From Luminiphilus sp. (GTDB taxonomy: Bacteria > Pseudomonadota > Gammaproteobacteria > Pseudomonadales > Halieaceae), in assembly GCA_965656065.1 (NCBI GenBank), contig CBFHIW010000003.1, positions 23,035-87,034 of the forward strand: a stretch of 64,000 bases of DNA, read 5' to 3'. Position 1 is the first letter of the stretch. Every line of letters starts with the position of its first letter. Under the pieces are notes generated by a model that was not told the origin of the DNA, ran no database searches, and saw only the letters and a program-made list of their open reading frames with translations. This document shows, one piece after another, positions 8,828 to 20,246 of this stretch. The position numbers and the translations under genes are program-made.

Positions 8828-9727
8828 ATGAACTGGGATGATCTGAAGGTGCTGCTGGCCCTTTCTCGAGAGGGCTCTACTCGTAAAGCCGCCGCCACAC
8901 TCGGCGTCAGTAACACCACGGTGATGCGTCGCCTCGAGTCCTTGGAGGAGCAGGTGGGCGGGCGCTTGTTTGACCGCACCCCCGATGGTTTCAGGGCCAC
9001 TTCGCTCGCCGACCAACTCCTGCCCGCCGCCCGCGAGGTCGAGGAGATGCTCGCCGAGGCCGAGCGACAGGTGTCTGGCAAGGACTCCGAACTCAGCGGG
9101 CGCATCAAGCTGTCCTTACCCGCCGTGCCGGTTACGCATATTTCCGAGGCCGTCGCGGAATTTGCGATTCAGTACCCCCGTATTGAGTTGGATATCACCG
9201 TCAGCGACCATCCGGTGGATCTGGCGCGACGGGAGGCTGACATCGCGGTTCGGGGTATCCCAAAACACAAGCGCCCTCCCAAGGATATTGTCGGCATCAA
9301 ACTGGGCCGGATTTCCATGGGCTACTACGTCCACAAAGAATTGCTGAGTGAGGCGTCACGCGGCCACCGCGAGCTGACCTGTATTCGCGCCTCGGGCCGG
9401 GCCCTGTCGCTGGGGGACCTGCCTGATCCAGATTCATTGGGCCTTAAAAGCCGACATTTGATTGACGGCATTACACCCCGCACCGTGGCGGTGACCAATA
9501 AATTGGGGGTGGCAGCGTTGCCCTGTTTTCTCGCCAGACAGTATCCGGACCTCATCTTATTGCCTGGTGTTCCCTCGGCTCACTGGGGGTACACCTGGTT
9601 GCTGCATCACAAGGACCTGCGGCAGTCGGCGCGCATCCGCGCGTTGTTCAAACACCTCTCCTTGCTTGAGCAGAAATGGCCCTTCGCCTGGGATACCAGT
9701 CTCGTCAAAGAAAGTCGCGCTGCTTAA
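8828..9727 (+). CDS. LysR-family transcriptional regulator
   Basis: N-terminal wHTH (MNWDDLKVLLALSREGSTRKAAATLGVSNTTVMRRLESLE) plus a substrate-binding-domain-sized C-terminus; 299 aa. Confidence 0.85.
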   Translation: MNWDDLKVLLALSREGSTRKAAATLGVSNTTVMRRLESLEEQVGGRLFDRTPDGFRATSLADQLLPAAREVEEMLAEAERQVSGKDSELSGRIKLSLPAVPVTHISEAVAEFAIQYPRIELDITVSDHPVDLARREADIAVRGIPKHKRPPKDIVGIKLGRISMGYYVHKELLSEASRGHRELTCIRASGRALSLGDLPDPDSLGLKSRHLIDGITPRTVAVTNKLGVAALPCFLARQYPDLILLPGVPSAHWGYTWLLHHKDLRQSARIRALFKHLSLLEQKWPFAWDTSLVKESRAA

Positions 9728-9820
9728 GCCCGCCATAAGGCGCAACATCCTCAGCCCTGTGGATTATGCCTAGGCCGTAATTTCCAGCTAAGGTGTCCGG
9801 CGTGCACCTTTACTTGGCCG

Positions 9821-11377
9821 TTAGTCAGAAGTAATTCCCAGCTTTCGGATGGGCGGTGTGCCAACCGCGGTGATGAGCGCTTTTTCTTCCGTAAAAAAAT
9901 CGGCCGCCTGCCGGGGGCCGTCGCGGCCAATGCCCGACTCTTTGAAGCCTCCGAAGGGCGCGCGCAAATCCCGCGCGAGAGGCGTGTTAATCCACAACGT
10001 GCCAGCGTCAACCTGCTGCTGAAATGCCTGCGCTCTGGCGAGGCTCTCGGTCCAGCAATAGCCAACGAGACCAAAGCGACTCTCGTTGGCTAGCGACCAA
10101 GCCTCCTCGTCGTCATCAAAAACCTGAATGCTGGCCACAGGACCAAACACTTCTTCTTGGCATAGTGAAAGCTGATTACTGTTTACCTGAAAGACGGTTG
10201 GCTCAATGAAATAGCCCTTATCCAGGTCGGTTTTTGCCTGACCTCCACACAGCAGTGTCGCCCCCTCTGATTTAGCTCGCGCGATGTGGTCGAGGACTCG
10301 CGCCTGGTGGGCTTTGAAAGCCATCGGCCCTACTTCGGTAGCGGGATCCAACGGGTCACCTACAGTCAGTGATTGGGTGCGCGCGACGAAAGCCTCGATA
10401 AACCGATCGGCGATGCTGCGCTGCACCAAAATCCGCGAGCCCGCGATACAGATTTGCCCGCTGTTACTGAAGATGCTGACGAGTGAGCCGTCGACTGCGC
10501 GCTCAAAAGCTGCATCGTCGAAAACGATATTGGCGGATTTGCCGCCCAGTTCAAGATGAACCGGCGTGAGGTTCTCGGCCGCTGACGCCATGACCTGGCG
10601 AGCCGTTGTGCCGCCACCCGTAAAGGCAATGCGATCAATAGCCGCCGAGCCGGCCAACGCTGCGCCAGTGACAGGACCACTGCCGTTAACAATGTTGATA
10701 GTGCCGGGAGGCACCCCAGCCTCCTCCATGATTGCCACCATGCGCAGAATTGACAGCGGTGTATGTTCGGATGGCTTCAGCACGCAGGTGTTACCAAAGG
10801 CTAAGCTGGAGGCCAGCTGCATGCTGGACAGGGCCAGCGGCGCATTCCAGGGGGCGAACAACGCGGCAACGCCTGCCGGCTGGCGGGTTACTTGTGTTTG
10901 GTAACCACTCAGTTGACCGAACGTTTCCCCAGCCATCACGCCGATGTAGTCGGCAAAAAAATCCAGATTGTCAGCGGCTCTGGGCACCTGGCGTGAGGCC
11001 AGATGGGAGGAGGGCAGCCCCGCACAGAGGCATTCCAGCAACGCCAGCTCCTCAGCGTTTTTGCGGATTAGGCGGGCTGCTTTGCGAAAGGCCGCTTGTC
11101 GGGTGCCAGTGTCAGCGCCCGACCAGAGGCCCTTGGCGAAGCTGTCGCGGGCAGTGTTAATAGCCTTGTTTACTGCTTCTGAGCCGTCTTCCTGAAGCGT
11201 GGCAATCTGTTCGCCTGTCCCGGGAAAGCGTACGGCGTGTCGCGCGGCGCTAGGGTCGATGGCTACTGATTCACCGGCCACGTGGCCGGTGATCACTTCT
11301 GGCAGGGTTACCCCCAGCTCTGCAATGGTGTGATCGATGGCTGGCATCAAGACTTCCTCAATCGAAGGTTTGCTCAC
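9821..11377 (-). CDS. NAD(P)-dependent aldehyde dehydrogenase
   Basis: ELGGKSANIV Glu motif and the catalytic Cys block FSNSGQICIAGSR; 518 aa. Confidence 0.9.
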   Translation of the reverse strand: MSKPSIEEVLMPAIDHTIAELGVTLPEVITGHVAGESVAIDPSAARHAVRFPGTGEQIATLQEDGSEAVNKAINTARDSFAKGLWSGADTGTRQAAFRKAARLIRKNAEELALLECLCAGLPSSHLASRQVPRAADNLDFFADYIGVMAGETFGQLSGYQTQVTRQPAGVAALFAPWNAPLALSSMQLASSLAFGNTCVLKPSEHTPLSILRMVAIMEEAGVPPGTINIVNGSGPVTGAALAGSAAIDRIAFTGGGTTARQVMASAAENLTPVHLELGGKSANIVFDDAAFERAVDGSLVSIFSNSGQICIAGSRILVQRSIADRFIEAFVARTQSLTVGDPLDPATEVGPMAFKAHQARVLDHIARAKSEGATLLCGGQAKTDLDKGYFIEPTVFQVNSNQLSLCQEEVFGPVASIQVFDDDEEAWSLANESRFGLVGYCWTESLARAQAFQQQVDAGTLWINTPLARDLRAPFGGFKESGIGRDGPRQAADFFTEEKALITAVGTPPIRKLGITSD

Positions 11378-11644
11378 GCTCGCAAAACCGAATCATAGCC
11401 GCATCGACCGGGCGGTCGCGATGTGCTGTAGGGAGTCGCTCACCGTAACCTGAAGTGCCTGCCAGATCACTCGACGTTTGTCGTGCGCGATTTCACGATG
11501 CAGGGCAAGGCTTCTCGCCGAGCGCCGTCGCAACATTTTTGGAGTGATGGGTTGAACACAGTGCAGGGCAAATGGCTAATCGAATGTCCTCGGGCTCTGC
11601 AAGCCGAAGCAGGTCCATACTTCAGCGTGACTTTTGGTGGCGCC

Positions 11645-12493
11645 TCAGCTTTTGAGGTGACTCGCGTGAAAGCGCAGATGGTCCTCCATAAAGGAGGTGA
11701 TGAAGTAATAGCTGTGGTCGTAACCGGCTTGCATGCGTATTTCAATCGGGTATTGGGCTGCACTACTGGCCTCCTCAATCAGGTGCGTCTTGAGCTGCTC
11801 TTCGAGGAAGTTATCCGCGGTGCCCTGATCGATCAGTATGGGTCGGTGCTCGGTCGCCTGACCCAGCAGCACGCAGGTGTCGTAGTTCGCCCAGGCTGAT
11901 TCGTCCGCGCCCAGATACTGGGTGAACGCTTTTTGTCCCCAGGGACACTGGGTGGGCGCCACGATGGGTGAGAAGGCAGAAAACGACGCGTAGCGGTCAG
12001 GGTTCTTGAGCCCAATCGTCAGGGCGCCGTGTCCGCCCATCGAGTGCCCCATGATGGCGGCACGCGAGGTGTCCACCTGCGGGCAGGCCTGTGCCACCAC
12101 CTGCGGCAACTCTGTCACCACGTAGTCATACATGTGGTAGTGCGCTGACCAGGGTGCTTCCGTGGCATTGAGGTAAAAGCCGGCGCCAAGCCCCATGTCG
12201 TAACTGCCCTCGGGGTCATCCGCCACCCCTTCGCCCCTTGGGCTGGTATCGGGTGCCACAACGGCCACCCCCAGCGCAGCGGCATACTGCTGTGCACCCG
12301 CCTTGGTCACAAAGTTTTCATCAGTGCAGGTCAATCCAGAGAGGTAGTAGACCACTGGGACCGGCTCTTCCACAGCCTGCGGAGGTAAGTAGACCGCATA
12401 GATCATGTCGCAATTGAGTACCTGCGACGTGTGCTGAAAGCGGTGCTGTTCGCCGCCGAAGCAGCGAACCGTGCTCAAACACTCCGATGACAT
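11645..12493 (-). CDS. fghA: S-formylglutathione hydrolase (esterase D)
   Basis: 282 aa with the GHSMGGHGAL nucleophile elbow and the N-terminal pattern typical of FghA/esterase D. Its start overlaps the adhC stop by 1 nt. Confidence 0.9.
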   Translation of the reverse strand: MSSECLSTVRCFGGEQHRFQHTSQVLNCDMIYAVYLPPQAVEEPVPVVYYLSGLTCTDENFVTKAGAQQYAAALGVAVVAPDTSPRGEGVADDPEGSYDMGLGAGFYLNATEAPWSAHYHMYDYVVTELPQVVAQACPQVDTSRAAIMGHSMGGHGALTIGLKNPDRYASFSAFSPIVAPTQCPWGQKAFTQYLGADESAWANYDTCVLLGQATEHRPILIDQGTADNFLEEQLKTHLIEEASSAAQYPIEIRMQAGYDHSYYFITSFMEDHLRFHASHLKS

Positions 12494-13599
12494 CAGTAAG
12501 TCACCACAGAGCGAATACTTTTGCCTTCATGCATCAGATCAAAAGCGGTATTGATCTCGGTGAGCGGCATGGTGTGGGTGATCATTTCATCGATATGGAT
12601 CTTGCCCTCCATGTACCAGTCCACGATCTTCGGCACGTCGGTGCGGCCTCTTGCGCCGCCAAAAGCCGTCCCCCGCCATGAGCGTCCGGTTACCAGCTGG
12701 AAGGGTCGTGTTGAGATCTCTTGTCCGGCGCCTGCTACACCAATGATGCAGCTCTGCCCCCAACCTTTGTGGCAGCACTCGAGCGCCTGGCGCATCACAT
12801 TGACGTTACCAATGCACTCAAAGCTGTAGTCGACACCGCCGCCTGTCATCTGGATCAGGTGATCAACAACGTCATCGACCTCGCTCGGGTTCACAAAGTC
12901 TGTCATGCCGAACTGGGTCGCCAACTCCTTTTTATCGGCATTGAGATCGACACCAATGACGCGCCGTGCGCCGACCAGCTTGGCGCCCTGAATCACGTTC
13001 AGTCCAATGCCACCCAAGCCAAATACGGCAACGGTCGCGCCGGGCTCGACGTTCATCGTGAAGGCGACGGCACCGATGCCGGTCGTCACGCCACAGCCGA
13101 TGTAGCAGATCTTGTCGAAGGGCGCGTCTTCTCGAACTTTCGCTACTGCGATCTCGGGTAGCACGGTGAAGTTAGAGAAGGTCGAACAGCCCATGTAGTG
13201 GAGGATCGGTTCGCCATCCAACGAGAAACGACTGGTGCGATCCGGCATTAGGCCCTGACCTTGAGTCTCGCGAATCGCCTGACAGAGATTGGTTTTGGGG
13301 TGTAGGCAGAAGTCACAGGTGCGGCACTCTGGCGTGTACAAAGGAATCACGTGATCGCCCACTTTGAGGTCTTTCACCCCTTCACCCACTTCCACCACAA
13401 CGCCGGCACCCTCGTGGCCGAGGATCGCCGGGAACGCACCTTCGGGATCATCCCCCGACAGGGTAAAGGCATCGGTGTGGCACACACCCGTCGCTTTGAT
13501 TTCCACCATTACTTCGCCTGCGGCAGGGCCGCCGACGTCGACTTCGGCTATTTCGAGGGGTTTGCCGGCTTCAAATGCAACCGCGGCTCGACTCTTCAT
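12493..13599 (-). CDS. adhC: S-(hydroxymethyl)glutathione dehydrogenase / class III alcohol dehydrogenase
   Basis: Trimmed from the 430-aa track ORF to [17 protein letters not shown] (369 aa), preceded by AAGGAG. It has the Zn-ADH signature [15 protein letters not shown] and a GLGGIGL Rossmann motif. Confidence 0.9.
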   Translation of the reverse strand: MKSRAAVAFEAGKPLEIAEVDVGGPAAGEVMVEIKATGVCHTDAFTLSGDDPEGAFPAILGHEGAGVVVEVGEGVKDLKVGDHVIPLYTPECRTCDFCLHPKTNLCQAIRETQGQGLMPDRTSRFSLDGEPILHYMGCSTFSNFTVLPEIAVAKVREDAPFDKICYIGCGVTTGIGAVAFTMNVEPGATVAVFGLGGIGLNVIQGAKLVGARRVIGVDLNADKKELATQFGMTDFVNPSEVDDVVDHLIQMTGGGVDYSFECIGNVNVMRQALECCHKGWGQSCIIGVAGAGQEISTRPFQLVTGRSWRGTAFGGARGRTDVPKIVDWYMEGKIHIDEMITHTMPLTEINTAFDLMHEGKSIRSVVTY

Positions 13600-13826
13600 G
13601 GCGATACTCCTTATTGTTAGAGGGGCGTAGTATGCCTTAGCGCGGGCGTGCCGCCACCCCCGGTTCCTCTTGATCGTAAGGCCGGCCGAACGAGGTTGCC
13701 CTGTCGAAAAACCTGTTGGAGCTCGGTCTTTCGCGCGGACCATTCTGTTTTCGTGATGCCAAAGGCATACTCGCGCTGTTGCCACCGATCTGTGGGCGGA
13801 ACCGAAGCCCCAAGCTGCCTTTTGCT

Positions 13827-15794
<1,968 letters not shown>

Positions 15795-15862
15795 TTGTGC
15801 GCCCTGTCACGACCCTTAAGCCGGCATTTGACAGCCACTGCACGACTCGCTGAAGTGACGCC

Positions 15863-16456
15863 ATGAGCAAACTCTTTTTCCGTTACGGCGCCATGAACAG
15901 CGGCAAAAGCACTGCCATGTTGCAGGTGGCCCACAACTACGAAGAGCGCGACCAGCGCGTCGTGCTGGTGAAGTCGTCAGTGGATACCAAGGGCGACGAT
16001 CAGATTGTGTCGCGCCTGGGCGTGACGCGTCGGGCTGACTTACTGCTCTCTCCCGGTCAGGATCTGCGAGTGGCGCTACAAGCGCTCTCTGCTCAGCGGT
16101 CTGATCTCAGTGACGGCGTGGCCTGTGTACTGATTGACGAGGCTCAGTTTCTGACTCCGGAGCAGGTCGACCAGGCGCTGGCCATTGCGGTACTGGATAT
16201 GATCCCGGTGGTCGCCTTTGGGATTCGCACGGACTTTCGCACCAAGGCGTTTCCGGGCAGCCAACGCTTGATGGAAGTGGCGCACTCGCTGCAGGAGATG
16301 AAGACCATCTGCCGATGCGGGAACAAGGCTATCTTCAACGCCCGCTTGGGCGAGCAGGGCATTATGCGCGAGGGTGAGCAGGTGATGATCGACGGCGAAT
16401 CCGCCCGATACGAAGCGCTTTGCGCCCGCTGTTATCTGGAGGCCGAGGGCGGTTGA
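15863..16456 (+). CDS. tdk: Thymidine kinase
   Basis: P-loop YGAMNSGKST, IDEAQF, and the C-terminal Zn ribbon CRCG...CARC; 197 aa. Confidence 0.9.
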   Translation: MSKLFFRYGAMNSGKSTAMLQVAHNYEERDQRVVLVKSSVDTKGDDQIVSRLGVTRRADLLLSPGQDLRVALQALSAQRSDLSDGVACVLIDEAQFLTPEQVDQALAIAVLDMIPVVAFGIRTDFRTKAFPGSQRLMEVAHSLQEMKTICRCGNKAIFNARLGEQGIMREGEQVMIDGESARYEALCARCYLEAEGG

Positions 16457-16565
16457 GCGCCCCGCCTGAGCACGAGGGCGCGCTCTAGGTTTGCGCGATT
16501 GCCGCGGCGGCGATAGAGATCGAAGCGCCGGACCATCGTAACCAGACTCAGCAATCTGCCTCGAT

Positions 16566-18062
16566 TTGATGCATAGTCAGGGGGTCCGGTTAGTGAGAAC
16601 TCGCGCCATCACACATTCGTTTCACAGCGCAGACTCTCAGTTTAATTCGGTCAGCCTGGGCGTCCGCCTCACCTATGGCTTTGGCGCCGTGGCCTACGGC
16701 ATCAAGGACAACGGCTTCGCCTATTTCTTGCTGCTCTTTTACGGCACCGTGGTGGGTCTGGAGCCGGCGCTTGCAGGGGCAGCACTCCTGATCGCGCTCA
16801 TCTTCGATGCCTTCAGCGACCCCATCGTCGGCTACTGGTCTGACAACACCCGCTCTCGCTGGGGACGTCGCCACCCGTTTATGTATGCCGCAGCAATTCC
16901 GGTGGCGCTGTGTTACTCGTTGCTGTGGCAACCGCCTGACTGGAATGACGGGGCGCTGTTTCTATACCTCGTTGTATTAGCGATCCTCATTCGCACACTC
17001 ATTACCTTTTTCGAGACCCCGAGCTCCGCCCTGATGCCTGAGCTCACCGCCGACTACGATGAGCGCACCACCATACAGGCTTGGCGCTCCTTCTTCGGCT
17101 GGGCGGGGGGCGCCGGCATGGCGGTGTTCATGTACGCCTTTCTATTGGTACCCAGTGAGACCTACCCGGTGGGCGCACTCAATCGCGACGGTTACGAAAC
17201 CTACGGGATGATCTCCGGCGGTGTGATGCTGGTGGCCATCTTAGTGTCGGCGCTCGGGACGCATCACCGCATCGGCTCATTGACGGCGCCACCACCCAGA
17301 GCGCGCCGGGGATTGAAGGCGGTGTTCAAAGAAGTGATCGAGACGCTGGCAGACAGGAGCTTCTTCGCGCTGTTCGTTTCCTCCATTGCCAGTGCCGTCG
17401 CCACCGGCCTTACCGCAGCGTTGACTTTTATTATGCTCACCTACTTCTGGGCCTTCTCCTCGCTTGAGGTGTTCTATTGGACATTGCTGGTAGTCCTCTC
17501 CGCGCTGATGGGGCTGTGGATTGCGCCCCGGGCCTCTAAACGCTGGGGCAAGAAAGGTGCGGCGCTGCGGCTCGGTGTGCTGGCTTTCACGGTTCAACCT
17601 TTACCGGTGCTCTTCAGGCTTCTGGGCTGGATGCCCGAGAACGGGGATCCGCTGTTGTTCCCCCTCCTCGCCACCGTCAACACGATTGATCTTGGGCTCA
17701 TAATCGCCATGCAGGCGATTTTCTTTTCCATGCTGGCGGATCTGGTGGAGCACTCAGAGGTGAAAACCGGGCGGCGCAGCGAGGGTGTGCTGTTCTCCGC
17801 GCTGACGTTTATTCGCAAAACCACTCAGGGCATCGGTGCGTTCGTTGCGGGTCTCATTCTGCAGGCGGTGGCGTTTCCCCAGGGTGCGGCCCCCGCCGAT
17901 GTGCCGACCGAATCGGTGCTCCAGCTCGGCAATTTGCTCGTGCCTTCCCAGTGGTTCTTGTGGGGTGTCATGCTGGTGGCGTTGGCGTATTACAAGTTGG
18001 ATCGCGCGCAGCATCAGTCCAATTTGGATGCCATTCAGTCGCGGGACGGCCGGCCTGTCTAG
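16566..18062 (+). CDS. MFS transporter, glycoside-pentoside-hexuronide (GPH) cation symporter family
   Basis: Multi-pass membrane protein with the GPH loop motif WSDNTRSRWGRRHPF (D-x-x-T-x-x-GRRxP). The start is uncertain (TTG 16566 or ATG 16569). Confidence 0.7.
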   Translation: MMHSQGVRLVRTRAITHSFHSADSQFNSVSLGVRLTYGFGAVAYGIKDNGFAYFLLLFYGTVVGLEPALAGAALLIALIFDAFSDPIVGYWSDNTRSRWGRRHPFMYAAAIPVALCYSLLWQPPDWNDGALFLYLVVLAILIRTLITFFETPSSALMPELTADYDERTTIQAWRSFFGWAGGAGMAVFMYAFLLVPSETYPVGALNRDGYETYGMISGGVMLVAILVSALGTHHRIGSLTAPPPRARRGLKAVFKEVIETLADRSFFALFVSSIASAVATGLTAALTFIMLTYFWAFSSLEVFYWTLLVVLSALMGLWIAPRASKRWGKKGAALRLGVLAFTVQPLPVLFRLLGWMPENGDPLLFPLLATVNTIDLGLIIAMQAIFFSMLADLVEHSEVKTGRRSEGVLFSALTFIRKTTQGIGAFVAGLILQAVAFPQGAAPADVPTESVLQLGNLLVPSQWFLWGVMLVALAYYKLDRAQHQSNLDAIQSRDGRPV

Positions 18063-18119
18063 GTATCGCCGCTCCTTGGCGAGATGTGAGCCGAATCCCT
18101 TTGGGCGACCCTCTGTGTC

Positions 18120-18141
18120 ATGGCATACTGACTGCCAATAG
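18120..18141 (+). promoter_or_regulatory. Copy D of recurrent element: aTGGCAtactgacTGCCAATAG
   Basis: Read directly. It ends 26 nt before the TetR ATG (18168). GG-N10-GC spacing matches a sigma-54 -24/-12 layout, and it is also an imperfect palindrome (ATGGCA/TGCCAA). Confidence 0.45.
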
Positions 18142-18167
18142 TGGGTGGCACTGAGTGAGGAGCCAGC

Positions 18168-18755
18168 ATGGCCCTGAACATCGTCCAGTCTTCTGATGGT
18201 CGTCGGCAGCGCAGTGAGCGTAGCCAGACTGCCATCATCAAGGCCGCATTGTCGCTCATGGACGAAGGGACGCTGGTGCCCACCGCGCAGCAGATTGCCG
18301 ACCGGGCGGGTGTAGGCATCCGCTCTTTCTTCCGGCACTTCGCCGACATGGATTCGCTCTTTCTTGCCGCCGACGAGATGCTGCTCTCGTCTTACGAGGC
18401 GCTTTTTGAGGTCGACGACCGAACAGGTACGCTATCCGAGCGCGTTGGGCGCGCGATCGACCTCTATGGCAATGCCTTCGATCAGTTGCGCGCGATTATT
18501 TTGTGTACTCAGGCGCAGCTGTGGCGCTCTCCCAAGCTCCGGGAAAATTACGCGTGGCATCAGAAGCGGCTGCGCAAAGAGCTCGAGCTCTGGTTGCCCG
18601 AGGTCGCAGCGCTTCCCAAAGACCGGCGCGAGGCACTACACGCGATCGCCTCTTTCGACATGTGGCACCGCCTGCGCGAGCATCAAGGTCTGTCGCCGAA
18701 GGCCACTGCCGATATCGTCACGTCGCTGGTGACCGATCTCATCGCTTCAAGCTGA
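18168..18755 (+). CDS. TetR/AcrR-family transcriptional regulator
   Basis: 195 aa with an N-terminal HTH (SERSQTAIIKAALSLMDEGTLVPTAQQIADRAGVGIRSFFRHF). Confidence 0.8.
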   Translation: MALNIVQSSDGRRQRSERSQTAIIKAALSLMDEGTLVPTAQQIADRAGVGIRSFFRHFADMDSLFLAADEMLLSSYEALFEVDDRTGTLSERVGRAIDLYGNAFDQLRAIILCTQAQLWRSPKLRENYAWHQKRLRKELELWLPEVAALPKDRREALHAIASFDMWHRLREHQGLSPKATADIVTSLVTDLIASS

Positions 18756-18765
18756 GGTAGGCTCA

Positions 18766-20142
18766 TTGTCCGAGCAGTTCAAGGATCAGGGTGGTGTTGC
18801 CACCATGGACCCCAGCCACCTGACCCGCTGGCTGACTTCCCGTTTGATGACCCGAATCTCGGGGGCTTCCGCGGTCGCAGCGCGACACCGCAAGGCCGAG
18901 CAGGCCCGCGTCAAAGCCGCCGCCGCGCATCGGGTCGACTACTTTCATCAGGTGGATGAGGGCTACAGCTATCTTGCCGCGCAGATGCTCGAGCCACTGG
19001 CGGCCCGTTACGACATTGAACTGCACTGCCATCTGGTGCGTGGACAGGAGGGCAAGAACGCCCCCGAGCCTGAGTTGCTTGCGCAGCTCGCGCGCGCCGA
19101 TTCATACGAGATTGCGCCGGGCTATGGCCTGAGTTTTCCTCATCATCCGGATGCGCCCGCCGCGAGTCTGGTCGAGACGGCGGCACAGATTCTGGCTGCG
19201 CAGTCCCATTCAAATTTTCCCAAAGCGGCTGTCAGTGTGAGTGAGGCATTGTGGCGTGATGACACCGCCAGGCTGACTGATTTAGCAGCAGAGCTTGGCA
19301 CCGCGTCACCTGAAGCCACGACCGCGGCGGTGGAGGCGGGGACGCAAAAGCGTCGCGAGCTCAAGCACTATTCCGGGGCGATGTTTTATTACGGTGGTGA
19401 GTGGTATTGGGGTGTCGACCGGTTGTATCACCTCGAGGCGCGGCTCGCAGCGCTTGGTGCAGATACGCAAGCCGGCGCGCCGCTGATCGCGCCCCGGCCC
19501 AGCGAAGATCTTGCGGGTCACCGAGATACGGGGCAGTTCACGTTAGAGCTGTATGCATCCTTGCGCAGTCCCTACACGGCTGTGATTTTTGATCGCGCCG
19601 TGGCTTTTGCCAAAGCCGCGGGTGTCACCTTGAGTCTGCGGCCCGTGCTGCCTATGGTGATGCGCGGTGTGCCCGCCACCCGAGAAAAAGGCATGTACAT
19701 CTTCACGGATGCGGCCCGGGAGGCGCGCGCCGCTGGCGTACCCTACGGCAATTTCTACGACCCGATTGGCGACCCTGCGCGCCGATGCTACGCGCTGTAT
19801 CCCTGGGCTGTGTCGCAGGGTAAAGGCGTTGAACTGTGCTCCAGCTTCCTGCGCCATGCCTTTGTGCTGGGCGTGAACACCAACAATGATCGGGGCTTGC
19901 GCAAGGTGGTCGAAGCCGCGGGCCTTGACTGGTCGGCGGCGCAGTCACACCGCGAGGACAAGACCTGGAAAGCCCTGCTAGAAGGCAACCGCCAGACCAT
20001 GTACGAGGCTGGGCTGTGGGGTGTGCCGAGTTTCCGGCTGCTGGACCCAGTGGGGGAGCCGCTACTCTCTACATGGGGTCAAGACCGGCTGTGGCTTGTC
20101 GCGCACACCTTGCGCGATGCGCTGGCTGCGAGCACTTCCTGA
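18766..20142 (+). CDS. Tandem DsbA-like thioredoxin-fold protein (2-hydroxychromene-2-carboxylate isomerase family, duplicated)
   Basis: 458 aa, about twice the normal HCCA-isomerase length. The second half has the family N-terminal pattern LELYASLRSPYTAV...GLWGVPSF. The first half is a degenerate copy (VDYFHQVDEGYSYLAAQ). TTG start 10 nt after the TetR stop, with GAGG upstream. Confidence 0.6.
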   Translation: MSEQFKDQGGVATMDPSHLTRWLTSRLMTRISGASAVAARHRKAEQARVKAAAAHRVDYFHQVDEGYSYLAAQMLEPLAARYDIELHCHLVRGQEGKNAPEPELLAQLARADSYEIAPGYGLSFPHHPDAPAASLVETAAQILAAQSHSNFPKAAVSVSEALWRDDTARLTDLAAELGTASPEATTAAVEAGTQKRRELKHYSGAMFYYGGEWYWGVDRLYHLEARLAALGADTQAGAPLIAPRPSEDLAGHRDTGQFTLELYASLRSPYTAVIFDRAVAFAKAAGVTLSLRPVLPMVMRGVPATREKGMYIFTDAAREARAAGVPYGNFYDPIGDPARRCYALYPWAVSQGKGVELCSSFLRHAFVLGVNTNNDRGLRKVVEAAGLDWSAAQSHREDKTWKALLEGNRQTMYEAGLWGVPSFRLLDPVGEPLLSTWGQDRLWLVAHTLRDALAASTS

Positions 20143-20185
20143 TCACAGCCGCCTCTTAATTGCGGCCAATTGCATCTCCTATATA

Positions 20186-20207
20186 TTGACAGTATAAATG
20201 CCAATAG
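20186..20207 (+). promoter_or_regulatory. Copy A of recurrent element: TTGACAgtataaaTGCCAATAG
   Basis: Read directly. It ends 39 nt before the sulfatase ATG (20247). An inverted partial copy (AATATTGGCA) lies at about 20277-20286 inside the signal-peptide codons. Confidence 0.45.
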
Positions 20208-20246
20208 ATGGCCGCCGGCGTGCGTTGGCCACAGTGGTGGAGCGCT

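Noticed and set aside
12493-13785. 5'-extended ORF calls. Affected track ORFs: adhC 430 aa, 13716 start of acetoacetyl-CoA synthetase, 34771-36090, 35964-37253, 37164 start of the oxygenase, 54065, 51696-52313, 20208, 40317-40823 and 29158-29835.
   Set aside because: The extensions are Arg-rich and overlap neighbouring genes or promoters. Internal starts give canonical N-termini with SD sequences or stop/start coupling, so I trimmed them.
20186-20207. Reading the recurrent element as an ordinary sigma-70 promoter, with TTGACA as -35 and CAATAG/CAATAT as -10.
   Set aside because: The spacer between the hexamers is only 10 nt in every copy, whereas 16-18 nt are needed. No acceptable -10 lies 17 nt after the TTGACA. 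A separate TTGCAT-N17-TATAAA pair at 20170-20198 is possible for the sulfatase but is not shared by the other copies.
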